A DNA stretch of 64,000 bases from Escherichia coli (lineage in GTDB: Bacteria; Pseudomonadota; Gammaproteobacteria; Enterobacterales; Enterobacteriaceae): NCBI RefSeq assembly GCF_003334765.1, contig NZ_QOWT01000003.1. One strand, given 5' to 3'. Both the position numbers and the translations under genes were made by a program. Positions 23,672 through 33,211 of the stretch are shown here, in pieces. How positions within the stretch are numbered: position 1 is the stretch's first letter; each line of letters starts with the position of its first letter. Below the pieces are notes generated by a model that saw only the letters and a program-made list of their open reading frames with translations, was not told the origin of the DNA and searched no databases.

Positions 23672-23938
23672 TTGTGTGGATTTTCTGTGGTAGCGGATCC
23701 TACCACGACTCTGCAGGTTAAAAACACTGGCAGTCTGAGTGTTAATCGGTATGGATGGATTAACATCTGGATGGCTATTTTAGGTCAGTTCTTCACCCAA
23801 TTTCCACTTTTTTTTGAATCGTGTCTCATTCTGTTAAAAACGTGGCTGGAAATTTTTCCTGACAATGCTGGCATTCTGCGTATTTATCTTTTGCAATTTT
23901 CTGCCATTGTGGGGTATAAAACGCGGCGCGCGGCTTAA
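23672..23938 (+). CDS. yqgD: small hypothetical ORF upstream of and antisense to the metK promoter side; candidate yqgD
   Basis: 88-aa ORF in the position where K-12 annotates an 83-aa hypothetical yqgD; no independent coding evidence. Confidence 0.3.
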
Positions 23939-24150
23939 ATAAAAAGCACACGACGTTTCTTTCGTGTTGCCACTTCCAGCCGGGTTGAAATCAGAGTTTT
24001 GGCTTGTGGGTTCGTCTTAACAGGCGGCCGTGGAGGTGATACGAAATAATGAACCGTTGTCTGCTGCTTAACCTGTCTCACCGTTCTGGTGAAGATTCGT
24101 TCCCCGCACTCTGCATCTCTGCTTTGCATACCTGCCGATGTTATACCCAT
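23935..24150 (-). CDS. yqgC: small hypothetical ORF, candidate yqgC (71 aa)
   Basis: ORF of exactly 71 aa where K-12 annotates 71-aa yqgC; weak coding evidence. Confidence 0.35.
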
Positions 24151-24285
24151 CTCGGCGCTTCTCAGGATTCAAGAGCTGGTTACAGTTACTGAGGACTGAA
24201 CAAGGGCGCTCTTGTAAAAACAAGAGTTTTCTCGTGGTTTCGCCGAACTGTCACACTTACGTTCGGTTATGTGCTTAATAATGTT

Positions 24286-24417
24286 ATGAAAAAGAAACCG
24301 GTTGCGCAGTTGGAGCGTCAGCATTCACTGCTGGAAAATCCATGTGCTTATGGGTTGTTATCGCAGTTCCAGGCTGCGATAGTCGTTAACTGTTTTACAC
24401 TTAATAAAATAATTTGA
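24286..24417 (+). CDS. yqgB: small protein YqgB (43 aa), immediately upstream of speA
   Basis: ATG AAA AAG AAA CCG GTT GCG CAG... translates to [43 protein letters not shown]; stop 8 nt before the speA ATG; not in ORF track because under 60 aa. Confidence 0.8.
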
Positions 24418-24425
24418 GGTTCGCT

Positions 24426-26402
24426 ATGTCTGACGACATGTCTATGGGTTTGCCTTCGTCAGCGGGCGAACACGGTGTACTACGCTCCATGCAGGAGGTT
24501 GCAATGAGCTCCCAGGAAGCCAGCAAGATGCTGCGTACTTACAATATTGCCTGGTGGGGCAATAACTACTATGACGTTAACGAGCTGGGCCACATTAGCG
24601 TGTGCCCGGACCCGGACGTCCCGGAAGCTCGCGTCGATCTCGCGCAGTTAGTGAAAACTCGTGAAGCACAGGGCCAGCGTCTGCCTGCACTGTTCTGTTT
24701 CCCACAGATCCTGCAGCACCGTTTGCGTTCCATTAACGCCGCGTTCAAACGAGCGCGGGAATCCTACGGCTATAACGGCGATTACTTCCTCGTTTATCCG
24801 ATCAAAGTTAACCAGCACCGCCGCGTGATTGAGTCCCTGATTCATTCGGGCGAACCGCTGGGCCTGGAGGCCGGTTCCAAAGCGGAGTTGATGGCGGTGC
24901 TGGCACATGCTGGCATGACCCGTAGCGTCATCGTCTGCAACGGTTATAAGGACCGCGAATATATCCGCCTGGCATTAATTGGCGAGAAGATGGGCCACAA
25001 GGTCTATCTGGTCATTGAGAAGATGTCAGAAATTGCCATTGTGCTGGATGAAGCAGAACGTCTGAATGTCGTTCCTCGTCTGGGCGTGCGTGCACGTCTG
25101 GCTTCGCAGGGCTCGGGTAAATGGCAGTCCTCTGGCGGGGAAAAATCGAAGTTCGGCCTGGCGGCGACTCAGGTACTGCAACTGGTTGAAACGCTGCGTG
25201 AAGCCGGGCGTCTCGACAGCCTGCAACTGCTGCACTTCCACCTCGGTTCGCAGATGGCGAATATTCGCGATATCGCGACAGGCGTTCGTGAATCCGCGCG
25301 TTTCTATGTTGAGCTGCACAAGCTGGGCGTCAATATTCAGTGCTTCGACGTCGGCGGCGGTCTGGGCGTGGACTATGAAGGCACCCGTTCGCAGTCCGAC
25401 TGTTCGGTGAACTACGGCCTCAATGAATACGCCAACAACATCATCTGGGCGATTGGTGATGCGTGTGAAGAAAATGGTCTGCCGCATCCGACGGTAATCA
25501 CCGAATCGGGTCGTGCGGTGACTGCGCATCACACCGTGCTGGTGTCGAATATCATCGGCGTGGAACGTAACGAATACACGGTGCCGACCGCGCCTGCAGA
25601 AGACGCACCGCGCGCCCTGCAAAGCATGTGGGAAACCTGGCAGGAGATGCACGAACCGGGAACTCGCCGTTCTCTGCGTGAATGGTTACACGACAGCCAG
25701 ATGGATCTGCACGATATTCATATCGGCTACTCTTCCGGCACCTTTAGCCTGCAAGAACGCGCATGGGCTGAGCAGCTTTATTTGAGCATGTGCCATGAAG
25801 TGCAAAAGCAGCTGGATCCGCAAAACCGTGCTCATCGTCCGATTATCGACGAGCTGCAGGAACGTATGGCGGACAAAATGTACGTCAACTTCTCGCTGTT
25901 CCAGTCGATGCCGGATGCGTGGGGGATCGACCAGTTGTTCCCGGTTCTGCCGCTGGAAGGGCTGGATCAAGTGCCGGAACGCCGCGCTGTGCTGCTGGAT
26001 ATTACCTGTGACTCTGACGGTGCTATTGATCACTATATTGATGGTGATGGTATTGCCACGACAATGCCAATGCCGGAGTACGATCCAGAGAATCCGCCGA
26101 TGCTCGGTTTCTTCATGGTCGGCGCATATCAGGAGATCCTCGGCAACATGCACAACCTGTTCGGTGATACCGAAGCGGTTGACGTGTTCGTCTTCCCTGA
26201 CGGCAGCGTAGAAGTAGAACTGTCTGACGAAGGCGATACCGTGGCGGATATGCTGCAATATGTACAGCTCGATCCGAAAACGTTGTTAACCCAGTTCCGT
26301 GATCAAGTGAAGAAAACCGATCTTGATGCTGAACTGCAACAACAGTTCCTTGAAGAGTTCGAGGCAGGTTTGTACGGTTATACCTATCTTGAAGATGAAT
26401 AA
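24426..26402 (+). CDS. speA: biosynthetic arginine decarboxylase (658 aa)
   Basis: [55 protein letters not shown]... recognised. Confidence 0.97.
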
Positions 26403-26419
26403 TTAAGATTATTCCGCTG

Positions 26420-26460
26420 GCGGGTCGATTTATTTACGTAAATCGGCCCGCTTTCTTTTT
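26420..26460 (+). terminator. rho-independent terminator after speA
   Basis: GCGGGTCGATTTATTTACGTAAATCGGCCCGC hairpin followed by TTTCTTTTT. Confidence 0.75.
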
Positions 26461-26547
26461 ATATATTCTTAAAAATAATTTAGCTGCTTTTCTTATTAAA
26501 TAATCCCCCTACAATCGCTGCATTAATTAAATACAGAGGGAACGGTT

Positions 26548-27279
26548 ATGAAAAAATGGAAAGTACGTAGCGCGTTGATAGCATTAGTCGTGCTGCTGGC
26601 CGGTTGTTCCAGTAATGCGCAGTATAATAGCAGTACATCGGGCAATGTCGGCACCGCCTGGGGTGGGGATGTGCACTCATCGGTTCAGGGCGTATCTGCT
26701 GAGCGAGCCTGGCGCGATCCGGCAGAGATGATCGTTATTAGTTATTCGACTACTGTTCCTTCGGGCTACGACCGCGTTTATAGCATTCGTATTAACGAAC
26801 TGGAATATGCTATTCGCGATGGTAATTTTAATTCTCTACCTATTACGCGGGTTTATGATTCATCCAATAATGAACCACGCTATATTGTCCATGCCAGAAT
26901 CGGAATGAATTATCAATTATATATCCGTAATTACAGTCGTAACACCAACTACGAGATCGTTGCTACGGTTGATGGCCTGGATGTGCTGAACGGCAAGCAA
27001 GGTTCGCTGAATAACAATGGCTATATTGTGAATGCCGGAGATTCGTTAGCGATTAAAGGATTCCGCAAAGATAAACATACCGAAGCGGCTTTTCAGTTCG
27101 CCAACGTTGCTGATTCCTACGCAGCCAATTCGGCGCAAGGCGATGTGCGTAATACCGGTGTAATCGGCTTTGCCGCCTTTGAATTACAAGGCACGGCGCA
27201 AAACGCGCTGCCACCGTGCTCTGGACAAGCGTTTCCGGCGGACAACAATGGCTATGCGCCGCCACCGTGTCGGAAATAG
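26548..27279 (+). CDS. uncharacterised lipoprotein (243 aa), not part of K-12 gene order as I know it
   Basis: RBS GAGGGA 8 nt upstream of ATG; signal peptide and lipobox MKKWKVRSALIALVVLLAG-C; N/Y/S-rich body; C-terminal ALPPCSGQAFPADNNGYAPPPCRK with two PPC motifs; lower GC than flanking genes; flanked by terminators. Confidence 0.75.
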   Translation: MKKWKVRSALIALVVLLAGCSSNAQYNSSTSGNVGTAWGGDVHSSVQGVSAERAWRDPAEMIVISYSTTVPSGYDRVYSIRINELEYAIRDGNFNSLPITRVYDSSNNEPRYIVHARIGMNYQLYIRNYSRNTNYEIVATVDGLDVLNGKQGSLNNNGYIVNAGDSLAIKGFRKDKHTEAAFQFANVADSYAANSAQGDVRNTGVIGFAAFELQGTAQNALPPCSGQAFPADNNGYAPPPCRK

Positions 27280-27346
27280 TAACCTCGCTTGATGCCTCGC
27301 CCATTTAAGGCGATAATTAGCACAAAATTGTGTTTCGCAAATCCAA

Positions 27347-27387
27347 CCCTTCCTCGTCGGGCCTAACGACGCGGAAGGGTTTTTTTA
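27347..27387 (+). terminator. rho-independent terminator after the lipoprotein gene, abutting the speB RBS
   Basis: CCCTTCCTCGTCGG-GCCTAA-CGACGCGGAAGGG hairpin followed by TTTTTTT. Confidence 0.75.
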
Positions 27388-27414
27388 TATCGACTTTGTA
27401 ATAGGAGTCCATCC

Positions 27415-28335
27415 ATGAGCACCTTAGGTCATCAATACGATAACTCACTGGTTTCCAACGCCTTTGGTTTTTTACGCCTGCCGATGAACTTCCAGCCGTA
27501 TGACAGCGATGCTGACTGGGTAATTACCGGCGTGCCGTTCGATATGGCCACTTCTGGTCGTGCGGGTGGACGCCACGGTCCGGCGGCGATCCGTCAGGTT
27601 TCGACGAATCTGGCCTGGGAACACAACCGCTTCCCGTGGAATTTCGACATGCGCGAGCGTCTGAACGTGGTGGACTGCGGCGATCTGGTGTATGCCTTCG
27701 GCGATGCTCGTGAGATGAGCGAGAAGCTGCAGGCGCATGCCGAAAAGCTGCTGGCTGCCGGTAAGCGTATGCTCTCCTTCGGTGGTGACCACTTTGTTAC
27801 CCTGCCGCTGCTGCGTGCTCATGCGAAGCATTTCGGCAAAATGGCGCTGGTACACTTTGACGCCCACACCGATACCTATGCGAACGGTTGTGAATTTGAC
27901 CACGGCACCATGTTCTATACCGCGCCGAAAGAAGGTCTGATCGACCCGAATCACTCCGTACAGATTGGTATTCGTACCGAGTTTGATAAAGACAACGGCT
28001 TTACCGTACTGGACGCCTGCCAGGTGAACGATCGCGGCGTGGATGACGTTATCGCCCAAGTGAAACAGATTGTGGGTGATATGCCGGTTTACCTGACCTT
28101 TGATATCGACTGCCTGGATCCTGCTTTCGCGCCGGGAACCGGTACGCCAGTAATTGGCGGCCTGACCTCCGATCGCGCTATTAAACTGGTACGCGGCCTG
28201 AAAGATCTCAACATTGTTGGGATGGACGTAGTGGAAGTGGCTCCGGCATACGATCAGTCGGAAATCACCGCTCTGGCTGCGGCGACGCTGGCGCTGGAAA
28301 TGCTGTATATCCAGGCGGCGAAAAAGGGCGAGTAA
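27415..28335 (+). CDS. speB: agmatinase (306 aa)
   Basis: [61 protein letters not shown]... recognised. Confidence 0.97.
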   Translation: MSTLGHQYDNSLVSNAFGFLRLPMNFQPYDSDADWVITGVPFDMATSGRAGGRHGPAAIRQVSTNLAWEHNRFPWNFDMRERLNVVDCGDLVYAFGDAREMSEKLQAHAEKLLAAGKRMLSFGGDHFVTLPLLRAHAKHFGKMALVHFDAHTDTYANGCEFDHGTMFYTAPKEGLIDPNHSVQIGIRTEFDKDNGFTVLDACQVNDRGVDDVIAQVKQIVGDMPVYLTFDIDCLDPAFAPGTGTPVIGGLTSDRAIKLVRGLKDLNIVGMDVVEVAPAYDQSEITALAAATLALEMLYIQAAKKGE

Positions 28336-28372
28336 GCGCCGGATAAGATGCGTTATGCGTCAAATCCGGCGT
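28336..28372. repeat. REP-like palindrome / convergent terminator between speB and loiP
   Basis: GCGCCGGATAAGATGCGTTATGCGTCAAATCCGGCG. Confidence 0.55.
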
Positions 28373-28382
28373 AATAAAATGC

Positions 28383-29141
28383 TTACTTAACTCCATCCGC
28401 GCTCATACGATCGCGAATATGCTGGGCGCGTTCGGCGGATGCTGGATGGTCGTCAAACATTGAGCTTTGACGGCCTTCTTCCAGCTTCGCCAGTTTTTCA
28501 AAGCTGGTGGCAAGACCTGCCGGGCTGATGCCGCGTTGGCGCAGAAGATCGTAAGAATAATCATCGGCTTCTGCTTCCTGGCGCTGGGAGAATTGCGAAT
28601 TAACTAATTTCTCGCCCAGATCACCGAGTTGTGATTGAGATAAACTGCCGACAATCCCGCCCGCAGAGGCCGCAGCTACTCGTACGGCATTTGTACCAAG
28701 TGCCACCTGCATCCCTTTTTTCACATGGCCCAACGCTACGTGCCCCATCTCGTGACCGATCACCGCTTCGACTTCGTTATCTGTCATCATATCCATCAGC
28801 CCGCTATAGACGCGGATACAGCCGTTAGCCATTGCAAAGGCGTTCACATCCTTCGCCATATACACTTTGTAATTCACCGGCTGACCGTTGATATTGTTGC
28901 CTAGCGCATTGGCAATAGTTGTCAGACGTTTAGCGTATTCGCTATTGGCTGGCGCAATCGTCGCCTTGCTGTCCATCTCCTGACATGCCTGATCGCTCAG
29001 GGTTTTCACCTGCGCATCACTCAAACTGTAAGCCTGAAAAGCTTCCGCTCCTGATGAGAGCAGTCCGTTGGCGTCCATATTCTGGCAACCGCTCAGTACC
29101 GTTGCCACGCTCATTGCTACCAATAAGGCGCGAATTTTCAT
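28383..29141 (-). CDS. loiP: outer-membrane metalloprotease LoiP (252 aa), M48 family lipoprotein
   Basis: MKIRALLVAMSVATVL-GC lipobox, HEMGH zinc motif; start 73 codons inside ORF 28383..29360. Confidence 0.93.
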   Translation of the reverse strand: MKIRALLVAMSVATVLSGCQNMDANGLLSSGAEAFQAYSLSDAQVKTLSDQACQEMDSKATIAPANSEYAKRLTTIANALGNNINGQPVNYKVYMAKDVNAFAMANGCIRVYSGLMDMMTDNEVEAVIGHEMGHVALGHVKKGMQVALGTNAVRVAAASAGGIVGSLSQSQLGDLGEKLVNSQFSQRQEAEADDYSYDLLRQRGISPAGLATSFEKLAKLEEGRQSSMFDDHPASAERAQHIRDRMSADGVK

Positions 29142-29418
29142 GTTTTCTCTTCCGCACAAGGTCAGGATTATTCTAAAAATGCGCCGTTTGCAGGTGAATC
29201 GACGCTCAGTCTCAGTATAAGGAAAAGCGCAGCGGACGGGCGAGCAGATTGCGCAACATGCGAGCATGATCCAGAGATTTCTGAAGCGGCAAAAGGATGT
29301 TCCATGTACATGACGCGCGGCTTGCGGTAAATTGTTGGCAAATTTTCCGGCGTAGCCCAAAACGCGCTGTCGTCAAGTCGTTAAGGGCGTGCCCTTCATC
29401 ATCCGATCTGGAGTCAAA

Positions 29419-31410
29419 ATGTCCTCACGTAAAGAGCTTGCCAATGCTATTCGTGCGCTGAGCATGGACGCAGTACAGAAAGCCAAATCCGGTCACCCGG
29501 GTGCCCCTATGGGTATGGCTGACATTGCCGAAGTCCTGTGGCGTGATTTCCTGAAACACAACCCGCAGAATCCGTCCTGGGCTGACCGTGACCGCTTCGT
29601 GCTGTCCAACGGCCACGGCTCCATGCTGATCTACAGCCTGCTGCACCTCACCGGTTACGATCTGCCGATGGAAGAACTGAAAAACTTCCGTCAGCTGCAC
29701 TCTAAAACTCCGGGCCACCCGGAAGTAGGTTATACCGCTGGTGTGGAAACCACCACCGGTCCGCTGGGTCAGGGTATTGCCAACGCAGTCGGTATGGCGA
29801 TTGCAGAAAAAACGCTGGCGGCGCAGTTTAACCGTCCGGGCCACGACATTGTCGACCACTACACCTACGCCTTCATGGGTGACGGCTGCATGATGGAAGG
29901 CATCTCCCACGAAGTTTGCTCTCTGGCGGGTACGCTGAAGCTGGGTAAACTGATTGCGTTCTACGATGACAACGGTATCTCTATCGATGGTCACGTTGAA
30001 GGCTGGTTCACCGACGACACCGCAATGCGTTTCGAAGCTTACGGCTGGCACGTTATTCGCGACATCGACGGTCATGACGCGGCATCCATCAAACGCGCAG
30101 TAGAAGAAGCGCGCGCAGTGACTGACAAACCGTCCCTGCTGATGTGCAAAACCATCATCGGTTTCGGTTCCCCGAACAAAGCCGGTACCCACGACTCCCA
30201 CGGTGCGCCACTGGGCGACGCTGAAATTGCCCTGACCCGCGAACAGCTGGGCTGGAAATATGCACCGTTCGAAATCCCGTCTGAAATCTATGCTCAGTGG
30301 GATGCGAAAGAAGCAGGCCAGGCGAAAGAATCCGCATGGAACGAGAAATTCGCTGCTTACGCGAAAGCTTATCCGCAGGAAGCCGCTGAATTTACCCGCC
30401 GTATGAAAGGCGAAATGCCGTCTGACTTCGACGCCAAAGCGAAAGAGTTCATCGCTAAACTGCAGGCTAACCCGGCGAAAATCGCCAGCCGTAAAGCGTC
30501 TCAGAATGCGATTGAAGCGTTCGGCCCGCTGTTGCCGGAATTCCTCGGCGGCTCTGCTGACCTGGCACCGTCTAACCTGACCCTGTGGTCTGGTTCTAAA
30601 GCAATCAACGAAGATGCTGCGGGTAACTACATCCACTACGGTGTTCGCGAGTTCGGTATGACCGCGATTGCTAACGGTATCTCCCTGCACGGTGGCTTCC
30701 TGCCGTACACCTCCACCTTCCTGATGTTCGTGGAATACGCACGTAACGCCGTACGTATGGCTGCGCTGATGAAACAGCGTCAGGTGATGGTTTACACCCA
30801 CGACTCCATCGGTCTGGGCGAAGATGGCCCGACTCACCAGCCGGTTGAGCAGGTCGCTTCACTGCGCGTGACCCCGAACATGTCTACATGGCGTCCGTGT
30901 GACCAGGTTGAATCTGCAGTGGCATGGAAATACGGCGTTGAGCGTCAGGACGGCCCGACTGCGCTTATCCTCTCCCGTCAGAACCTGGCGCAGCAGGAAC
31001 GTACTGAAGAGCAGCTGGCAAACATCGCGCGCGGTGGTTATGTGCTGAAAGACTGTGCCGGTCAGCCGGAACTGATCTTCATCGCGACCGGTTCTGAAGT
31101 TGAACTGGCGGTTGCTGCCTACGAAAAACTGACTGCTGAAGGCGTGAAAGCGCGCGTGGTTTCCATGCCGTCTACCGACGCGTTCGACAAGCAGGATGCG
31201 GCTTACCGTGAGTCTGTACTGCCGAAAGCGGTTACTGCACGCGTTGCGGTGGAAGCGGGTATTGCTGACTACTGGTACAAGTATGTTGGCCTGAACGGTG
31301 CTATCGTCGGCATGACCACCTTCGGTGAATCTGCTCCGGCAGAGCTGCTGTTTGAAGAGTTCGGCTTCACCGTTGACAACGTTGTTGCGAAAGCAAAAGA
31401 ACTGCTGTAA
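29419..31410 (+). CDS. tktA: transketolase 1 (663 aa)
   Basis: [41 protein letters not shown]... recognised; GGAG RBS. Confidence 0.98.
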   Translation: MSSRKELANAIRALSMDAVQKAKSGHPGAPMGMADIAEVLWRDFLKHNPQNPSWADRDRFVLSNGHGSMLIYSLLHLTGYDLPMEELKNFRQLHSKTPGHPEVGYTAGVETTTGPLGQGIANAVGMAIAEKTLAAQFNRPGHDIVDHYTYAFMGDGCMMEGISHEVCSLAGTLKLGKLIAFYDDNGISIDGHVEGWFTDDTAMRFEAYGWHVIRDIDGHDAASIKRAVEEARAVTDKPSLLMCKTIIGFGSPNKAGTHDSHGAPLGDAEIALTREQLGWKYAPFEIPSEIYAQWDAKEAGQAKESAWNEKFAAYAKAYPQEAAEFTRRMKGEMPSDFDAKAKEFIAKLQANPAKIASRKASQNAIEAFGPLLPEFLGGSADLAPSNLTLWSGSKAINEDAAGNYIHYGVREFGMTAIANGISLHGGFLPYTSTFLMFVEYARNAVRMAALMKQRQVMVYTHDSIGLGEDGPTHQPVEQVASLRVTPNMSTWRPCDQVESAVAWKYGVERQDGPTALILSRQNLAQQERTEEQLANIARGGYVLKDCAGQPELIFIATGSEVELAVAAYEKLTAEGVKARVVSMPSTDAFDKQDAAYRESVLPKAVTARVAVEAGIADYWYKYVGLNGAIVGMTTFGESAPAELLFEEFGFTVDNVVAKAKELL

Positions 31411-31432
31411 TCGGTAAGATGCTTTGTGAGAA

Positions 31433-31457
31433 GGGCCGCGAAAGCGGCCCTTTTTTT
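31433..31457. terminator. tktA rho-independent terminator; its T-tract overlaps the stop codon of the convergent SPFH gene
   Basis: GGGCCGCGAAAGCGGCCC hairpin followed by TTTTTTT. Confidence 0.85.
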
Positions 31458-32364
31458 ACTTAGTAGAGATAAACGGAACTGTGCTGCCGGGGATCATGGT
31501 ATCGGGCAGTTTACCGTCCCAACGTTCGGCAGTGGTGAGGGCTACAAGTCCGGGATTATCCCGCAGAGCTTCACCGCGCAGGCGGATCGCTTCTGCTTCA
31601 GCCGCACTTTTTAAACGAATAGTTTCAGCCTCTGCCGCGCCTCTTACGCGAATAGTTTCCGCTTCTGCTTTAGCTGCCGCCAGTTTACTGTCTGCTTCTG
31701 CCTGGGCCTGAGTTACCGCTATTTGCGCCTGGATTTTCTCTGTTTCCAGATTTTGCTTACGCGTGGCAATGGCGACTTCTGCTTTCATTCGGTCTTCAAT
31801 CGACTTTTCATAAGCGTCAGAAAAATCAATATTTTCAATCTGGACCCCGTCAATTACCACTGGCCCAACAACGGCTTTGCGCATGGCATTTTGCAGATCC
31901 TGAACCAGTTTTGTACGATCCTGTACCGCGCTGATGGCGGTATATTGGCCGAAAACGTTCTCCAGTTGAGTTGGCAACTGACGGACAATCAGACGATCTT
32001 TTAATGCTTCAATGGTGTTGTAGGTGGTATAAACCGCGCCTGCTTCTGAAGGTTTAATGTGGAAGCTGACTGATACTGTCATTTGTGCCGGTTGCTGGTC
32101 GCGGCTGTAGGCCTGTAATCCCTGATAGACCACAGCCTGATTACGCGTGGAAATTTTCTCCACGCTTTCCATAAACGGGATCTTAAAACCCAGACCCGGC
32201 TCGGCAACTTTTACGATTTTTCCGTAGCGCAGCAAAATGCCGCGTTCACCTTCATTAACGGTGTAATACGAGAGAAATGGCAGCACAACCACGGCAAGCA
32301 CGCCAATGGCGATAGCAAGAGATTTTTGTGGGCGAAATGAGGTTAATGAAACAGGTGCTTTCAT
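31456..32364 (-). CDS. SPFH/band-7 (prohibitin/HflC-like) membrane protein (302 aa from ATG; ORF extends to a GTG at 32400)
   Basis: N-terminal TM segment LAIAIGVLAVVVLPF, PHB-type core GERGILLRYGKI..., C-terminal Ala/Glu-rich coiled coil AEAETIRVRGAAEAETIRLKSAAEAEAIRLRGEA; AAGGAAG RBS before the ATG at 32364; not one of the four K-12 SPFH genes (hflK, hflC, qmcA, yqiK). Confidence 0.85.
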   Translation of the reverse strand: MKAPVSLTSFRPQKSLAIAIGVLAVVVLPFLSYYTVNEGERGILLRYGKIVKVAEPGLGFKIPFMESVEKISTRNQAVVYQGLQAYSRDQQPAQMTVSVSFHIKPSEAGAVYTTYNTIEALKDRLIVRQLPTQLENVFGQYTAISAVQDRTKLVQDLQNAMRKAVVGPVVIDGVQIENIDFSDAYEKSIEDRMKAEVAIATRKQNLETEKIQAQIAVTQAQAEADSKLAAAKAEAETIRVRGAAEAETIRLKSAAEAEAIRLRGEALRDNPGLVALTTAERWDGKLPDTMIPGSTVPFISTK

Positions 32365-32740
32365 ATGAATCTTCCTTGAGTAAAGTGGGGAATATGTCAC
32401 ATGAGGTAAGGAGAAAATAGCCGACAGGTGAGAATTCAGAATCTATAAAGGGGTATAGCGAAAAAACGTTGCATTAAAAAAGTATGTTTTCGGATATTCA
32501 ATAAATAAATGGCGATATGCATCACAAATACAATAACAAACAAAATGTTGATTTTGTGATAAACATAACAAATACAAAGTTGACTTTAAAAATATCAATT
32601 TCATATTGTTGTTATTTAAGGTTTTATTATTTTGGTTTATGGGGTTTTTCTTCTCGCGTACCCAATTGCTTTCATTAAACCGCACGAGTATTTTATTTTT
32701 ACCGCCGGACGGTACCCTAAAAATAAAATAAGGATAATTT

Positions 32741-33184
32741 ATGCGGCTTAGTGATTATTTTCCAGAATCATCAATCTCAGTTATACATTCAGCAAAAGAT
32801 TGGCAGGAAGCTATCGATTTCTCGATGGCATCATTGCTGGATAAAAACTATATCAGCGAGAATTACATTCAGGCAATTAAAGATTCCACCATTAACAATG
32901 GCCCTTATTATATTCTCGCGCCAGGTGTGGCAATGCCTCATGCGCGACCGGAATGTGGGGCGCTTAAAACCGGGATGTCTTTGACGTTACTTAAACAAGG
33001 CGTTTATTTTCCGGGGAATGACGAACCGATTAAATTACTCATCGGGCTTTCTGCTGCCGATGCCGATTCGCACATTGGCGCTATTCAGGCGTTAAGTGAA
33101 TTACTGTGCGAAGAAGAAATACTCGAACAACTCTTAACAGCATCATCAGAAAAACAATTAGCGGACATTATCAGCTGCGGATAA
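32741..33184 (+). CDS. cmtB: PTS EIIA component, mannitol-family (cryptic), 147 aa
   Basis: MRLSDYFPESSISVIHSAKDWQEAIDFSMASLLDK... recognised. Confidence 0.9.
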   Translation: MRLSDYFPESSISVIHSAKDWQEAIDFSMASLLDKNYISENYIQAIKDSTINNGPYYILAPGVAMPHARPECGALKTGMSLTLLKQGVYFPGNDEPIKLLIGLSAADADSHIGAIQALSELLCEEEILEQLLTASSEKQLADIISCG

Positions 33185-33211
33185 TGACTCTCTCCTCTAC
33201 AGGATAATATT

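Noticed and set aside
29425-30837. 470-aa ORF on the minus strand inside tktA
   Set aside because: Entirely antisense to a strongly recognised, highly codon-biased gene; long stop-free antisense frames are expected in such genes; no RBS or independent signal
32443-32685. 80-aa ORF upstream of and co-directional with the SPFH gene
   Set aside because: Lies in the extremely AT-rich intergenic tract; N/K-rich translation typical of AT-rich junk; no RBS; considered as a possible small NfeD-like partner but there is no supporting feature
26403-32740. Idea that the lipoprotein and the SPFH gene form one two-gene system
   Set aside because: They are separated by about 4 kb of conserved core genes (speB, loiP, tktA), are on opposite strands and each has its own terminator context; treated as two independent single-gene segments
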